Source of the DNA: Bdellovibrionota bacterium
GTDB taxonomy: Bacteria > Bdellovibrionota_C > UBA2361 > JBIKUX01
Direction of reading: 5' to 3'
Assembly: GCA_044347345.1 (NCBI GenBank)
Contig: JBIKUX010000013.1
Coordinates: 14,747-78,746 of the forward strand
DNA length: 64,000 nt
Positions 1 to 11,269 of the stretch are shown one piece after another. Position 1 is the stretch's first letter; each line of letters starts with the position of its first letter. The position numbers were made by a program, and so were the translations under genes. The notes beneath the pieces are model-generated. The model was not told the DNA's origin. It searched no databases and was given only the letters and a program-made list of their open reading frames with translations.

Positions 1-879
1 GACTCTGAACTGCGCCCCGCTCAATGGCGGTCAATTACAAATGCCACCGAGTTAAAAGTGCTAGATCGCTCAATGGTAATACTTGATATATTTGCGCAGA
101 GAGCTAAAAGTAGTGAAGGTAGATTGCAAGTAGAGCTCGCTCAATTAAAATATAATTTACCGAGACTGACGGAAAGAGATTCAGGACTTTCTAGATTAAC
201 TGGGGGCATAGGAGGTAGAGGTCCGGGAGAGACTAAGTTAGAAATCTCTCGTCGTCGCACCAGAGACCGCATTACAGACCTTGAACGGCGCTTGAAAACT
301 GTGCAAAAGCAGCGAGGAATCAGGCGTAATCGGAGGCAAGAGGCTTCGGTGCCTTTAGTTGCCATTGTCGGTTATACTAATGCGGGCAAATCAACACTTT
401 TCAATTTACTTACAAACGCTGGAGTTTTAGCAGAGGATCGTCTATTTGCTACTCTAGATCCTTTTCAGCGTCGTACTAGTATTGAAGATGAGACTGGAAC
501 AAGAATTTCTATTGTTTTAAGTGATACGGTTGGATTTATCAGAGATCTTCCAAAAGAGCTTCTTTCAGCTTTTCGTGCTACTTTAGAGGAACTTTATGAA
601 GCTACTTTATTACTTCATGTGGTGGATATAAGCGACCCACTTCACGATTCTAAACGTCAGTCTGTTGAGAAGATTTTAACTAACATGGAATTAAATAATA
701 TCCCTACTATTTTGGTAGGAAATAAAATCGATTTACTGAAGGAAGTTAGTGAATCGCATGATATTATAGATGATACCTATGACGTTGTAGTATCTGCTGT
801 AACAAGCGCAGGTATTTGTAAGATGAGAAAGATTATAGCTAAAGCTTTAACTACATCACAATTGAGTGCGTGCTTATAA
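1..879 (+). CDS. hflX: GTPase HflX (5' end outside window)
   Basis: Frame open from base 1; [34 protein letters not shown] and NKID motifs. Confidence 0.95.
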   Translation, partial: DSELRPAQWRSITNATELKVLDRSMVILDIFAQRAKSSEGRLQVELAQLKYNLPRLTERDSGLSRLTGGIGGRGPGETKLEISRRRTRDRITDLERRLKTVQKQRGIRRNRRQEASVPLVAIVGYTNAGKSTLFNLLTNAGVLAEDRLFATLDPFQRRTSIEDETGTRISIVLSDTVGFIRDLPKELLSAFRATLEELYEATLLLHVVDISDPLHDSKRQSVEKILTNMELNNIPTILVGNKIDLLKEVSESHDIIDDTYDVVVSAVTSAGICKMRKIIAKALTTSQLSACL

Positions 880-1032
880 GATATTAGTTACTACATCAAA
901 AAATACGTATTTTCTCTTGGAGCAAAAGATTGCTTGCTCAGAGAAATCAGGGATTTGTAATCAGAGTTAACTTAGCCAACAAAAAATTATCTGTCGAGCA
1001 CAATCAAACTCTTTGTAGCGCCGACTAAAGAA

Positions 1033-2894
1033 TTACAGAGCCCCTACCACCCCATCATCACCCACTTTCACGACTCGATGAGCTAAGGCTAGTTCGTCGG
1101 GGCGATGAGTTATTAGGACGACGGTTCGACTTCGATCCTGAAGCTTCTGTTTTAGCGCGTGGAGAATTTTATAGCATGTATTATCATCGATTCCGGTTAG
1201 TGGCTCATCCAAAAGCAGAATATCTGCTGTACTGAGCAGGGCTCGGGCAAGGCGCAAGCGTTGTTCTTGGCCTGATGAAAATGCGAGTGAGCCATCGTTT
1301 ATTATAGCATCAAGCGATGGACAAAAAGAGGTTGCTTCAACTATAGCTAAGGTATCTAGAATCTCTTGGTCAGATATGGACCCCCGACCTAGGACTAGAT
1401 TCTCGCGCACGGTAGCCTTAAATAGCGGATCATTTGGCGTTATCATTATTGAGGTTAGGGGGCTTTTGTAACCCGAAGGGAATTCTTCGCCATCGACTAA
1501 ATAGGAGCCCGCAAATGGCGAAAATCTGCCAAGCACTTCCATAAATGAGGTCTTACCAACACCACTCTTTCCTGTAATAGCAACTATTTCACCTCGCTTA
1601 AGAGTAAACGCTGGAATTCGGATCTGTGTTTTACCGCTTTCTTCTTTTAATCGTTGTCCGTAGTGCTGACTACAAGTATGGGCTTCGTTGGTATTAAGGA
1701 TAGTTGTAGCAGATTCACCCCCTTGTTGAGAGTTTGTGAAGTCATTTGTGCCTTCATTGTTAGGGCTTAGCCCCTTACCTGTATATACTATTAGGACGTC
1801 ACGTAGTTGGCACTCTTGCCATATTTTTGAATCTTGAGTTTCGGGGATATCGCATGTTTCAGCGCTATTTATCTCAAAGCTATTACTGAGTGCTATGGCC
1901 TCTCGATTTAGATGGAGAGTGGTAAATTGCTCACGCAGCAGCTTGGCGTCTTCACGGCCGTTAATGAAGCTGACGTAACCTTCAATTATGTAGACTAGGA
2001 CAGAAAAGAGCTGATCAAAAGACCATTTTAGGAGAACTAGAAATCCGACCTCTAGTTCTTTACTAGCTACCTGATAGGCACCGTAGCCAATAGTACCAAT
2101 AGTCATAATATTAAAAAGGGAAAGTTGCAGAAGCCATCGCCAGGCATGAAACCTCTTTAGGGCATCAAGGTTTTGCCAAGATTCTTGATACCGCGAGCTC
2201 ATAGTCTCAGTATAATATATTTGAGCAAGAAAGCGTTTTATAAACGGCGATCCCAGAACAAATGAGGTTTGTCGTTCTACCGACTCCAATCGCGAGGCTG
2301 TCTGCTTTGCAACGAATGGTGCAATCTGAGAAGAAATACGTAAAGCAACGCTCAGGAAGGTTGCTACGAAGGCGAGATTAAGCACTAATACAATCGGACT
2401 TTGAAAAAAAGTACGACTATCACCGCGACTGCTGAGAATGTCTGGGTTATTAGTATCCAGCACCATGCATTCCCGAAGCTTTCAACATACGCCGTATAGG
2501 TTTGGAGTGAGGAGTGTAGGCGTTCACGGGATAGTGATCTAAGTTGTGATAACGGCGCTTGTAGTGCAAGCAAGGTGAGTCGCTGTCGAGTTTTATCTGC
2601 CACCTTTTGCCCTAAAGTTTCGCCAAACCGCCGGGTAAGATAATCAAGGCCTTCAGATAGAAAGACGCATAATGCCCAAAGGGGCATATAGTAATAGAGA
2701 ACATCATTTACTGTTAGGCTGACAATGGTCGAAATCAGCTCTCCCAATAATATAACAGTATAGAATCGCAGCGCTTTGCTCACCAAACCTGTGAACGTTA
2801 GAGCAATAAATTTATAGCGTAGCCTTCCAAGATTACGCAGGAAGGCAATTGGGGGAAAGTCGGGAATTAGATACCTTAGGTTGATTGGTGCCAT
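1033..2894 (-). pseudogene. ABC exporter (TMD+NBD) split by a frameshift into ORFs 2385-2894 and 1033-2466
   Basis: N-terminal TM helices in one frame continue in the -1 frame across a T7 run (A7 at 2404-2410); Walker A GKSGVGKT, FSSGQ signature, LLLDEP Walker B, H-loop. Confidence 0.75.
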
Positions 2895-3110
2895 TTTCTT
2901 TCTTTGTGGTGACTTTGCCTCAGTAATTGATGATCGTATATCGGTTTTAGATCGGTAAGTTTGTAGTCACAAGTCATGATAAGATTACTCTTTTGTTAAG
3001 CACTTTAGTGAAACGACTTAATATTTTCTATCTATTTATATAGGTAAAAACCGGGTAAATATCTTTGATATATATAAGATGTGCTGAAAAATCGTGATCA
3101 GTTATTGAAG

Positions 3111-3155
3111 ACAGGGCTACTGGCAACAGAGCTACTCGCAACAGAGCTATTGACA
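3111..3155. repeat. Three imperfect 15-bp tandem repeats
   Basis: acagggctactggca/acagagctactcgca/acagagctattgaca. Confidence 0.7.
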
Positions 3156-3225
3156 ATAGCGTAATATAAAAATATGAAGTTTGTACGTCTTTGTTGATAC
3201 GATAATTTACGTAGTCTTAGCTACA

Positions 3226-4959
3226 TCATAATAGAGTGCGTGCTTGTAAACCGCAAGCCCATGCATCAAAAAATCCGTAATTACTGTTAGAGCAAAAAGA
3301 AGCATTCTGTTGTGTGATAGACATTAATTCTCTTAACCTAGCATAAAGCTCTCCTGAAGCGGAGTCATCGCCTTGTTTTTCCAGTTCAGCCGCCACCGTA
3401 GCCAAAAGGGGCGCATAATAGGGGAATATTTTTACTAGTGTAACTCCAATTGTTATAAGATTGTGGTTATTTGCGAGATTTTGATTAAATAGTCGGGTGA
3501 CTAATTCTCGATAAAATTGTTGATAATGGTGTGAATTGGTACTAAGGCAGTGCACAACTATTCCCCACTGCTCTAATTGCAAAAATTTTGAGTGAGCTGT
3601 TGTCGCAGCAAGTAAGGAGAATCTTAAATCCTTCGGAAATCGTTTGCGACATTGGGCTAGGTACTCATTGGCTGTGAGTTTATCAAAGGAGAATAGATAA
3701 TGCGCGCGAACTATTGCAAGATCAGGATCATCGGCTACAGTTCTATCATTTAATATATCTAGTGATGCTGCTTTTTCACCATTTTTCCAAAGATTTTCTG
3801 CTTTTTGTTTAGTAAAATAATTGGGAGAGATTGGATTGATTGTTCCACTTATCTCATAGTATCCCGGCTTATCTGGAATAAGTGGGTGACTATATTGTTT
3901 TTTAGTATGACAAATATTTGTTGTATAAAGTTTCACTCGCTCGTTGCGTAAATGGTGTATCCGCTCTTTAATTACATAGTTGTAGCATTTACTAAGATCA
4001 TCTTGGTATTTATTCTGATCGCTAAGGTATAAATTTACAATTTCAAAAAGATCTCTACTAGTTTTCCAACTAGGGAGTGAGCATGACTCGATAAATTTCT
4101 TGTAGGGAACAAAATCTGGAAGTACAGGAAGAACTCCACGGGAGACCATTTCTATAGGCTTAATATCACTTCTGCACTCGTTATAAGCAGTTGGAAGAAG
4201 TGGAGCGATACCTAAGGTTACGTCATCCCAAAAATCCAAATAATTGTGAATACTACCCCATGAGGTGTAAACAACGCGTTCTTTAGGCAATCGGATGGAA
4301 TCGGGAAGAGCTTCGTTTCCCATCAAATGTATGGCAAGGGTAGGATGGTGTTTTAATAAGAGTTCTTCAAGTGTGGGTATCACAGATAGTATGTCAGCTA
4401 TGTGACCCATTGAGCCTGCCCATCCAAGCACTACCTTTTGCTCATGGAGTGATTTTCTGTGTAATAAGGTTTCTAGTGGTAGGGGTGTTTCGTATAGATG
4501 ATTTTCCAGTATCGTAATAGGACTAGATGTCGATTTTTTGAAAAGCTCATGCAAACTTTCTCCAGTCACGATCACTCCGTCTGATACGTGCATAAAATCT
4601 TCGTAAGCTTGCCAAAGAATTGGCGAGCTCCAAGGCTTTGCTACAGGACTCCAACTAGGTGGCTCGTAAAAATTGTCGTTATATTCAACGAGGGTTTTTT
4701 TGCCCTTTGCTTTTCTAGCCCTTATAGAGGGTAGAATGCTGTAGTCACTTGAATGAATGGCTACAAACAGATCAGCGGACTCAGCTAAAATATGCCGCTC
4801 AGACGCCCTGTAGTCTAAGTTAACCACTCGCAAGTGGGGCAGTGCGTCAGCTAGTGCCATGGCTGGCCATTTTACTCGGTGGTAGCAGTCTCCTGTTTCG
4901 TCTATTGCGACAAGTTGAATGATTAAAGGGAAAATTTTGTTTTTAGAGGATGTAGCCAC
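3226..4959 (-). CDS. GT-B glycosyltransferase-like protein with helical C-terminal region
   Basis: GDCYHRV..P, EYND, LGWAGS..H..D and GIAPL..TAYN.CRSDIK..E motifs typical of GT4-like proteins. Confidence 0.65.
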   Translation of the reverse strand: MATSSKNKIFPLIIQLVAIDETGDCYHRVKWPAMALADALPHLRVVNLDYRASERHILAESADLFVAIHSSDYSILPSIRARKAKGKKTLVEYNDNFYEPPSWSPVAKPWSSPILWQAYEDFMHVSDGVIVTGESLHELFKKSTSSPITILENHLYETPLPLETLLHRKSLHEQKVVLGWAGSMGHIADILSVIPTLEELLLKHHPTLAIHLMGNEALPDSIRLPKERVVYTSWGSIHNYLDFWDDVTLGIAPLLPTAYNECRSDIKPIEMVSRGVLPVLPDFVPYKKFIESCSLPSWKTSRDLFEIVNLYLSDQNKYQDDLSKCYNYVIKERIHHLRNERVKLYTTNICHTKKQYSHPLIPDKPGYYEISGTINPISPNYFTKQKAENLWKNGEKAASLDILNDRTVADDPDLAIVRAHYLFSFDKLTANEYLAQCRKRFPKDLRFSLLAATTAHSKFLQLEQWGIVVHCLSTNSHHYQQFYRELVTRLFNQNLANNHNLITIGVTLVKIFPYYAPLLATVAAELEKQGDDSASGELYARLRELMSITQQNASFCSNSNYGFFDAWACGLQARTLL

Positions 4960-5060
4960 TTATTAAAAATGACCACTCTATCCCTTTCTTGCAAGATGAA
5001 ATCTCCCTTGAGTGTCTTGGGGATAGAGTTTTAAAATGGAGTCAAAAGGCAACTGGCTTA

Positions 5061-5465
5061 CTATCTGCTTTGGAGGGTACTGTCATTAAACCATGTGCTT
5101 ATTAGAGATCTGAGGATAAATGAACCGACAGCCACTACTAGTAAGCCAAGGGCTGCTCGGTACTGTCCGAAGGCTGATGCAAGAATTGCGGCTATTCCAG
5201 CGGAAACCATAATCAGGGCTCCAAATGTGCCGTTAATATACGTCAGTATAAGGTCAACTGATTCCGCTATACGGTCGTCGTTGTACCTGGCTTGCGGAGA
5301 GTAGGCTTGAGCTCCTTCAATTGTGCCTCCTGCTATAAGGATGAGTCCGGTTAGAAGGAATAAGCATTGTATTTGTCTGTTTGTTGGAGCATGAACTGAG
5401 GCACCAATAAAAGCCGTCAGGTGTCTGTAAGAGGATACAACTAACTCTTTACATGTTCTCATCAC
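5061..5465 (-). CDS. TrbC/VirB2-like pilin or small membrane protein
   Basis: Signal-like segment ending AQA, then I.G.FG and two hydrophobic helices. Confidence 0.5.
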   Translation of the reverse strand: MMRTCKELVVSSYRHLTAFIGASVHAPTNRQIQCLFLLTGLILIAGGTIEGAQAYSPQARYNDDRIAESVDLILTYINGTFGALIMVSAGIAAILASAFGQYRAALGLLVVAVGSFILRSLISTWFNDSTLQSR

Positions 5466-5676
5466 TGTCTCCAGAAAAATTAGTTCAGTCTAACCATTTC
5501 GCTGATTAGGTAATCGAACGATGTTAGCTCTAACCTGAGGAAAAAATATAGTCCACGTGGTATCCCACGAATTTGGTACAGTTTTTAAGTAGAACTTACA
5601 ACTACTTCCTAATCTTTCACTCCGAAGAAGAATCTGAAACCTAGATAGTTTGGGATTGGATGGATATGGATTCTCT

Positions 5677-5770
5677 CTGGTACACCCTAGAATAGAAAAA
5701 CTAGCTATGTATCTGTAAGTATTACAAAATAATTCTAGGGTGTACCAGGTTTTAGCCAGGTTTTAGCCAG
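5677..5770. repeat. Perfect 17-bp inverted repeat plus 11-bp tandem repeat
   Basis: ctggtacaccctagaat (5677-5693) / attctagggtgtaccag (5732-5748); ccaggttttag x2 (5745-5766). Confidence 0.85.
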
Positions 5771-6147
5771 TCGGGAAGTTAGCAGGACAGCTACGCCGAA
5801 AAGCCGCTACTGCGTTATGGACAAAGTTTGAATCCTTACCGGAAGAAGACCGCAAGGCGCGGTTGCTTGAACTCAGGGAGAGGAAGAAAAACGATAAGCC
5901 AAAAGCCAAGCGGCGAAAAACTAATTCCCGCCGGACGGCCAAAAGGGGGTAGGCTTCTTGGATGACCGGAGTGTTTTGGATGACGAATGCAATTTGTCAT
6001 CCAAAAATCATCCAGAGCGGCAAGAAAAGCCGAGATTCGATGAGAAGTGGTGAGAAGTTGCAAAAAGACCTAAGATGTTTCAAACACTTGCAAGTGCAAA
6101 AAAGACTTTGGGATTTGCGCCGATGGAGGGAATTGGCTAAGGAAATA
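5767..6147 (+). mobile_element. Probable remnant of an element integrated at the tRNA-Asp 3' end
   Basis: Start-less frame 5767-5952, clustered TGGATGA and TGAGAAGT repeats, composition shift, abuts the tRNA CCA end. Confidence 0.5.
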
Positions 6148-6224
<77 letters not shown>

Positions 6225-6363
6225 TTAAAAAACTGACCGTTGTCTTACCGGATTCTTGAGAATAAGGCAAGAGCTCCACTGTTTGATTCACTTTGGTTAC
6301 AAGTGGTACTCTCGCGCTATATTTTTTAGATCACAAAAAACCAAAAAAAGAGAGCGTGGTAAC

Positions 6364-9102
6364 ATGACGCAAGATGGTATTGATGGAATTAGTGAAAATC
6401 ATCAAGTGCACCAGTATCTACCGGAGTTAATTGAAGAAAAGTGGCAAAGGTATTGGGAGCATAATCAGATTTTTTCAGGTCAAACATTCTCCTCTTCCAC
6501 TAGGCCAAAATGTTATATTTTGGATATGTTCCCGTATCCATCAGGAACCGGTCTTCATGTAGGACATCCTCTTGGATACTCAGCTACTGACGTCTATTCT
6601 CGGTATAAACGCATGCTAGGGTATAGTGTCCTCCATCCAATGGGATTTGATGCATTTGGTCTTCCAGCTGAGCAACACGCTGTCTCCACAGGTGAGCATC
6701 CTTCTCTCATTACTCGGCGAAATTGTGACCTGTTTAGAACCCAATTAAAGCGTCTCGGCTTTAGTTATGATTGGAATCTAGAGTTAGCTACATGTGACAA
6801 AGAATACTATAAATGGACTCAATGGATCTTCTTATTGCTGTATAATTCTTGGTTTGATATCGAGCTTAACAAAGCTCGTCCCATTGAAACTCTCGCTATT
6901 CCGCCTGAAATTACCGAACAAGGTCTTTTAGCAATACAAAATTATCAAGCGGCTTACCGATTGGCCTATTACTCTGAAGCTCTGGTTAACTTCTGCCCTG
7001 CTTTAGGCACCGTTCTCGCAAATGAGGAAGTTATTGATGGTAAGAGCGAGAGAGGCGGTCATGACGTAATTCGCAAACCTATGAAGCAGTGGATGTTGCG
7101 CATCACAGCCTATGCTGAGCGGCTCTTAGCTGGGCTTGATACTGTCGATTGGCCTGAGAATATAAAAGAACAACAGCGTCATTGGATTGGACGAAAGGAG
7201 GGAGCAAACGTAACCTTCTCTTCTCTTGATGGTGATACACAGGTAACAGTTTTTACTACTCGCCCAGATACCCTTTTTGGTGTGACGTTCTTAGCTTTAG
7301 CTCCAGAAAATTCTCTCGTTACCAAATTCACCACAGACGACCAATGCGCCAAGGTAACTGCTTACCAAAAAGAGGCATCTCATTTATCTGACATTACCAG
7401 AACACTTGAAAATAGAAAGAAAACTGGAGTTTGGACAGGAAGCTTTGTAATAAATCCTCTATCTGGTGAGCAGGTTCCCGTCTACGTAGCTGATTACGTA
7501 TTGTTTGGTTACGGTACTGGCGCTGTCATGGGAGTTCCAGCGCATGATGAACGTGACTTTGAGTTTGCGCGCACTTTTGATATCGCCATAAAACCAGTAA
7601 TTCTGCCTAAAAATACGGACGAAGAAACTATCCAAGACGTTATTGATGGTGAAGATTTTTGGGAGGGCTCAGGTACTATGCTACCTCTGCCCGTCACCTT
7701 AATGGCTGAACTAGGTTTAGTTAATATGCCTAATGAACAAGCTGGAAAGGTCATAGTGTCTTGGCTTGAGGCCAACAATTACGGAGAAAAAGTAGTTCAG
7801 TATAAACTCCGTGACTGGCTTTTTTCTCGCCAAAGATACTGGGGGGAGCCTATCCCTATAATTCACTGGCAGGATGGTCGAGTAACTTCTCTTGATGCAA
7901 AAGACCTTCCGCTTCTCCTCCCTCAGGTCGAGGATTACAAGCCCTCAGAAGGGGGCGAATCTCCTTTATCTAAAGTATCTGAATGGGTAAATGTAGTAGA
8001 CCCAATAACTGGCGTTAAGGGTACGCGTGAAACTAACACAATGCCTCAATGGGCGGGTTCTTGTTGGTATTATCTTCGTTTTATAGATCCACAAAATACG
8101 ACTGCTCCATGGGATGAAAATAAAGAAAAAACTTGGATGCCAGTTGACTTGTATGTAGGCGGTGCTGAACACGCCGTGCTGCATCTTTTATATTCTCGTT
8201 TTTGGCATAAGGTTTTATTCGATCTTGGTTTTGTATCAACTGAGGAGCCTTTCCAAAAACTTTTCAATCAAGGAATGATTGTTAATGAAGCGTTTCGCAA
8301 TAAAAAGGGTAGTTTAGTGCCTACCGATAAGGTAATTCACCAAGAAAATGGTGACTATATTCATAGAGAGACAGGCGAAAAACTTGAAAAAATAATCGGC
8401 AAAATGTCTAAGTCTCTTAGGAACGTCATTGATCCGCTCGAAGTTGTAAAGGAGTACGGTGCCGACACCTTACGCACGTACTTGCTCTTTATGGGGCCTC
8501 TAGATGCTACTCGTCCTTGGGATTCAAAGGCTATTACAGGCAATTTTCGTTTTTTAAAAAGAGCTTTTAATTTCGTTACTGATAAAGGAAAGGGAGCACT
8601 AATTTTAGAAGAACAAGAAAGTTCTGATACTCGGCGCGTTGTTGCGAAAACTATTAAACGAGTCACTGTGGACTTAGAAGCCCTTCGTTTTAATACTGCG
8701 ATATCAGCTCTGATGGAATTTGTTAATAAACTTCAATCAGAAGTTGTGAGCAAGACTACCCTATCAGTTTTTGTGCGTTTGTTATCTCCTTTTGCACCTC
8801 ATTTAGCGGAAGAACTTTGGGAACAGCTAGGAAATGAACCCAGCGTAGCTTATGCAGAGTGGCCTACCTACGATCCATCGCTACTTCTAACTGAGGAAGT
8901 AACAGTTGTGATTCAAATTGAAGGAAAAAAACGAGGAGTGGTAACAGTGCCAAGAGAGATAGATGAGGTATCACTAAGGCAGCACATTGTCGCTGCTATG
9001 TCTACCACTCAATATCAAGTGAAAGATACCGATACTTTTGTTATCGTATATCAAAAGGACTCTAAGGTACCTAAATTAGTCAATATAATGTTAGCTACCT
9101 AA
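6364..9102 (+). CDS. leuS: Leucine--tRNA ligase
   Basis: MFPYPSG, HVGH, editing-domain TTRPDT, KMSKS; ATG 6364 preferred over TTG 6256. Confidence 0.97.
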   Translation: MTQDGIDGISENHQVHQYLPELIEEKWQRYWEHNQIFSGQTFSSSTRPKCYILDMFPYPSGTGLHVGHPLGYSATDVYSRYKRMLGYSVLHPMGFDAFGLPAEQHAVSTGEHPSLITRRNCDLFRTQLKRLGFSYDWNLELATCDKEYYKWTQWIFLLLYNSWFDIELNKARPIETLAIPPEITEQGLLAIQNYQAAYRLAYYSEALVNFCPALGTVLANEEVIDGKSERGGHDVIRKPMKQWMLRITAYAERLLAGLDTVDWPENIKEQQRHWIGRKEGANVTFSSLDGDTQVTVFTTRPDTLFGVTFLALAPENSLVTKFTTDDQCAKVTAYQKEASHLSDITRTLENRKKTGVWTGSFVINPLSGEQVPVYVADYVLFGYGTGAVMGVPAHDERDFEFARTFDIAIKPVILPKNTDEETIQDVIDGEDFWEGSGTMLPLPVTLMAELGLVNMPNEQAGKVIVSWLEANNYGEKVVQYKLRDWLFSRQRYWGEPIPIIHWQDGRVTSLDAKDLPLLLPQVEDYKPSEGGESPLSKVSEWVNVVDPITGVKGTRETNTMPQWAGSCWYYLRFIDPQNTTAPWDENKEKTWMPVDLYVGGAEHAVLHLLYSRFWHKVLFDLGFVSTEEPFQKLFNQGMIVNEAFRNKKGSLVPTDKVIHQENGDYIHRETGEKLEKIIGKMSKSLRNVIDPLEVVKEYGADTLRTYLLFMGPLDATRPWDSKAITGNFRFLKRAFNFVTDKGKGALILEEQESSDTRRVVAKTIKRVTVDLEALRFNTAISALMEFVNKLQSEVVSKTTLSVFVRLLSPFAPHLAEELWEQLGNEPSVAYAEWPTYDPSLLLTEEVTVVIQIEGKKRGVVTVPREIDEVSLRQHIVAAMSTTQYQVKDTDTFVIVYQKDSKVPKLVNIMLAT

Positions 9103-9281
9103 TTTCAGGATTTGCGTAGCATACTACCAAATTTTTGCAAAAAATTTAAGCAGAGAAAAAGCTTTAATCTTTGCTCTTTATTTTCCGACAAAGCATCATA
9201 AGGGTACTAGTTTATTCCTCGAAGCAGGGATAAGGAGGCTTTGCGTAGCTTAACCCTTTGTTTTTGCAGTTGCAGAGAGAT

Positions 9282-9791
9282 ATGGAGTCAGTACTCCTTT
9301 TAAACTCAAGTTACGAACCCTTAAAAATAATCACTTGGCAACGAGCCGTCACCTTATTTTTCGATGGAAAAGTAGAAGTAGTAGAGGAATATGACCATCA
9401 AATTAGGTCAGTATCCCTCGTAATTAAGGCTCCGGCTGTCGTTCGCCTTCTTCGCTTTGCAAAATTTGGCCGTCAATCACCGCCTTTTTCTCGCCTAAAT
9501 GTGTTTGCTCGCGACCGATTTGAATGTCAATATTGTGGCAAAAGTCTCTCTGTATACACAGCGACAGTAGACCACGTCTTACCAAGAAGTAGGGGAGGCA
9601 CCACTTCGTGGTTAAATGTGGTATCTTCTTGCAGTCCCTGTAACCGTAAAAAAGGATGGCTTACCCCCGATGAAGCAGGAATGAAACTTAGAGGTCAGCC
9701 TACTAAACCTCAGTGGCTTCCAGTGTTATTATTGCGATCTCATGAAAAAATCCCCCAACCTTGGCGTGCATTCTTTGTTGTTACCAAGTAA
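9282..9791 (+). CDS. HNH endonuclease (McrA-like/HNH_5)
   Basis: VLLLN.SYEPL, RD...CQYCG, TVDHV.PRSRGG...W.N....C..CN..K. Confidence 0.9.
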   Translation: MESVLLLNSSYEPLKIITWQRAVTLFFDGKVEVVEEYDHQIRSVSLVIKAPAVVRLLRFAKFGRQSPPFSRLNVFARDRFECQYCGKSLSVYTATVDHVLPRSRGGTTSWLNVVSSCSPCNRKKGWLTPDEAGMKLRGQPTKPQWLPVLLLRSHEKIPQPWRAFFVVTK

Positions 9792-11160
9792 GGCTCTTAC
9801 TATCTTGACTGAGCGGTTAAAAGAACCCGCTGTTCGTAAAATTACTAAAGCTTTATTGTCTCTCGGTCAGATTTATATTGTGGGAGGAGCCCTAAGAGAC
9901 GCTGTCAGTGGTGCTATACCTCGTGATCTTGACTTTGCTACAGATGTTGATGCCGAAACTATTGCGGAGTCTCTCACGAAACTCGGTATTCGAGTTGTTC
10001 CCACTGGAATAAGCCACGGCACCGTACTAGTAGTGGGCAAAGATATATCAATTGAGGTAACTACTTTTCGGTCTCCGTCTAACAGATATCAATCAAAAAG
10101 AGGGCACTCAATTGAAGAAGACTTGGCTGGTAGAGATTTCACCGTTAATGCTCTTGCATGGAAATTAAGTTCCAGTGGTGAGCTACTAGGTGATCTAATA
10201 GACCCATTTAACGGCTTTTCTCATATAAACGAAAAGTATATCTGTGGAGTCTCACCTGTCATCGATAGATTTAAAGAAGACCCGTTAAGAATCTTGCGAA
10301 TGGTAAGATTCGGTCCTGCGATAGGTTGGACGGTTGACTCTGCTACCACTCAGGCCGCAGTTACCTGCGCTAGTGAATTAGCCAGCGTAAGTTGTGAACG
10401 AATACGAGATGAATTATCCAGCATAATTGTAGCTAGTAATGCTGGGACAGCTCTTAAATTTATGGCTAAAAATTGCCTTCTTGAATTTACTCTTCCAGAA
10501 CTAATGCCAGCTATTGGTTGTGAGCAAAATGAGTTTCATACTGAAGATGTTTTCAATCATATTTGCTCTGTAGTTGATCGTTCTCCTCATCACTCCCTTT
10601 CACTAAGGTTATCAGCCCTTTTTCATGATATCGGTAAGCCAGCTACCTTATCCATCAGACCAGACGGTCGTAGAAATTTTTATCTTCATGAAATTGAGAG
10701 CGAAAAAATTGCTACCAAAATAATGGAAAGACTTCGTTTCCCGCGAAAACTTATTAAGCAAGTAGCTCTTCTGGTTCGTTATCACATGCGACCTTTGTCT
10801 TGCGGCCCAGCTGGAGTGCGACGGTTACGACGTGACTTAGCCGAAGATTTTGAGTTATGGAAAGAATTGAAGCGCGCCGACAAAACACCGGTATGTTCAG
10901 AGGAAGATTTTATCGCTGAAATGACACGCTTTAACAGTTTATGTAAAGAAGAAGATGAGCGTATAGAACAAGCCAATCGACCAACTCGCTTAGCCATCAC
11001 TGGAACTGATATTGTTTTATTAGGAATTCCTTCGGGCCCGATAATAGGAAAAATATTAAAAGAATTGGAAGAAGAAATAATTTTAGACCCTTCTAAAAAT
11101 ACCCGTGTCCACCTTCTACAACTTGCAGAAAAAATTCTTACAGACTCATCCACGAATTAG
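9742..11160 (+). CDS. cca: Class II tRNA nucleotidyltransferase with HD domain
   Basis: VGGALRD, DLD, RDFTVNA, EDPLR, ERIRDEL, LFHDIGK; exact start uncertain. Confidence 0.85.
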   Translation: MKKSPNLGVHSLLLPSKALTILTERLKEPAVRKITKALLSLGQIYIVGGALRDAVSGAIPRDLDFATDVDAETIAESLTKLGIRVVPTGISHGTVLVVGKDISIEVTTFRSPSNRYQSKRGHSIEEDLAGRDFTVNALAWKLSSSGELLGDLIDPFNGFSHINEKYICGVSPVIDRFKEDPLRILRMVRFGPAIGWTVDSATTQAAVTCASELASVSCERIRDELSSIIVASNAGTALKFMAKNCLLEFTLPELMPAIGCEQNEFHTEDVFNHICSVVDRSPHHSLSLRLSALFHDIGKPATLSIRPDGRRNFYLHEIESEKIATKIMERLRFPRKLIKQVALLVRYHMRPLSCGPAGVRRLRRDLAEDFELWKELKRADKTPVCSEEDFIAEMTRFNSLCKEEDERIEQANRPTRLAITGTDIVLLGIPSGPIIGKILKELEEEIILDPSKNTRVHLLQLAEKILTDSSTN

Positions 11161-11269
11161 TTAGTATGTATGTCGTTAATCCAACCTAATGTGTGTTACA
11201 CTTTACAAATTAAGGGAGTAACATGCTCATAGCCCTTAGTTAGATTCAATTTAATTAAATTTATTTTTT

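Noticed and set aside
6256-6363. N-terminal extension of LeuS
   Set aside because: Region holds the likely divergent promoters; ATG 6364 fits better
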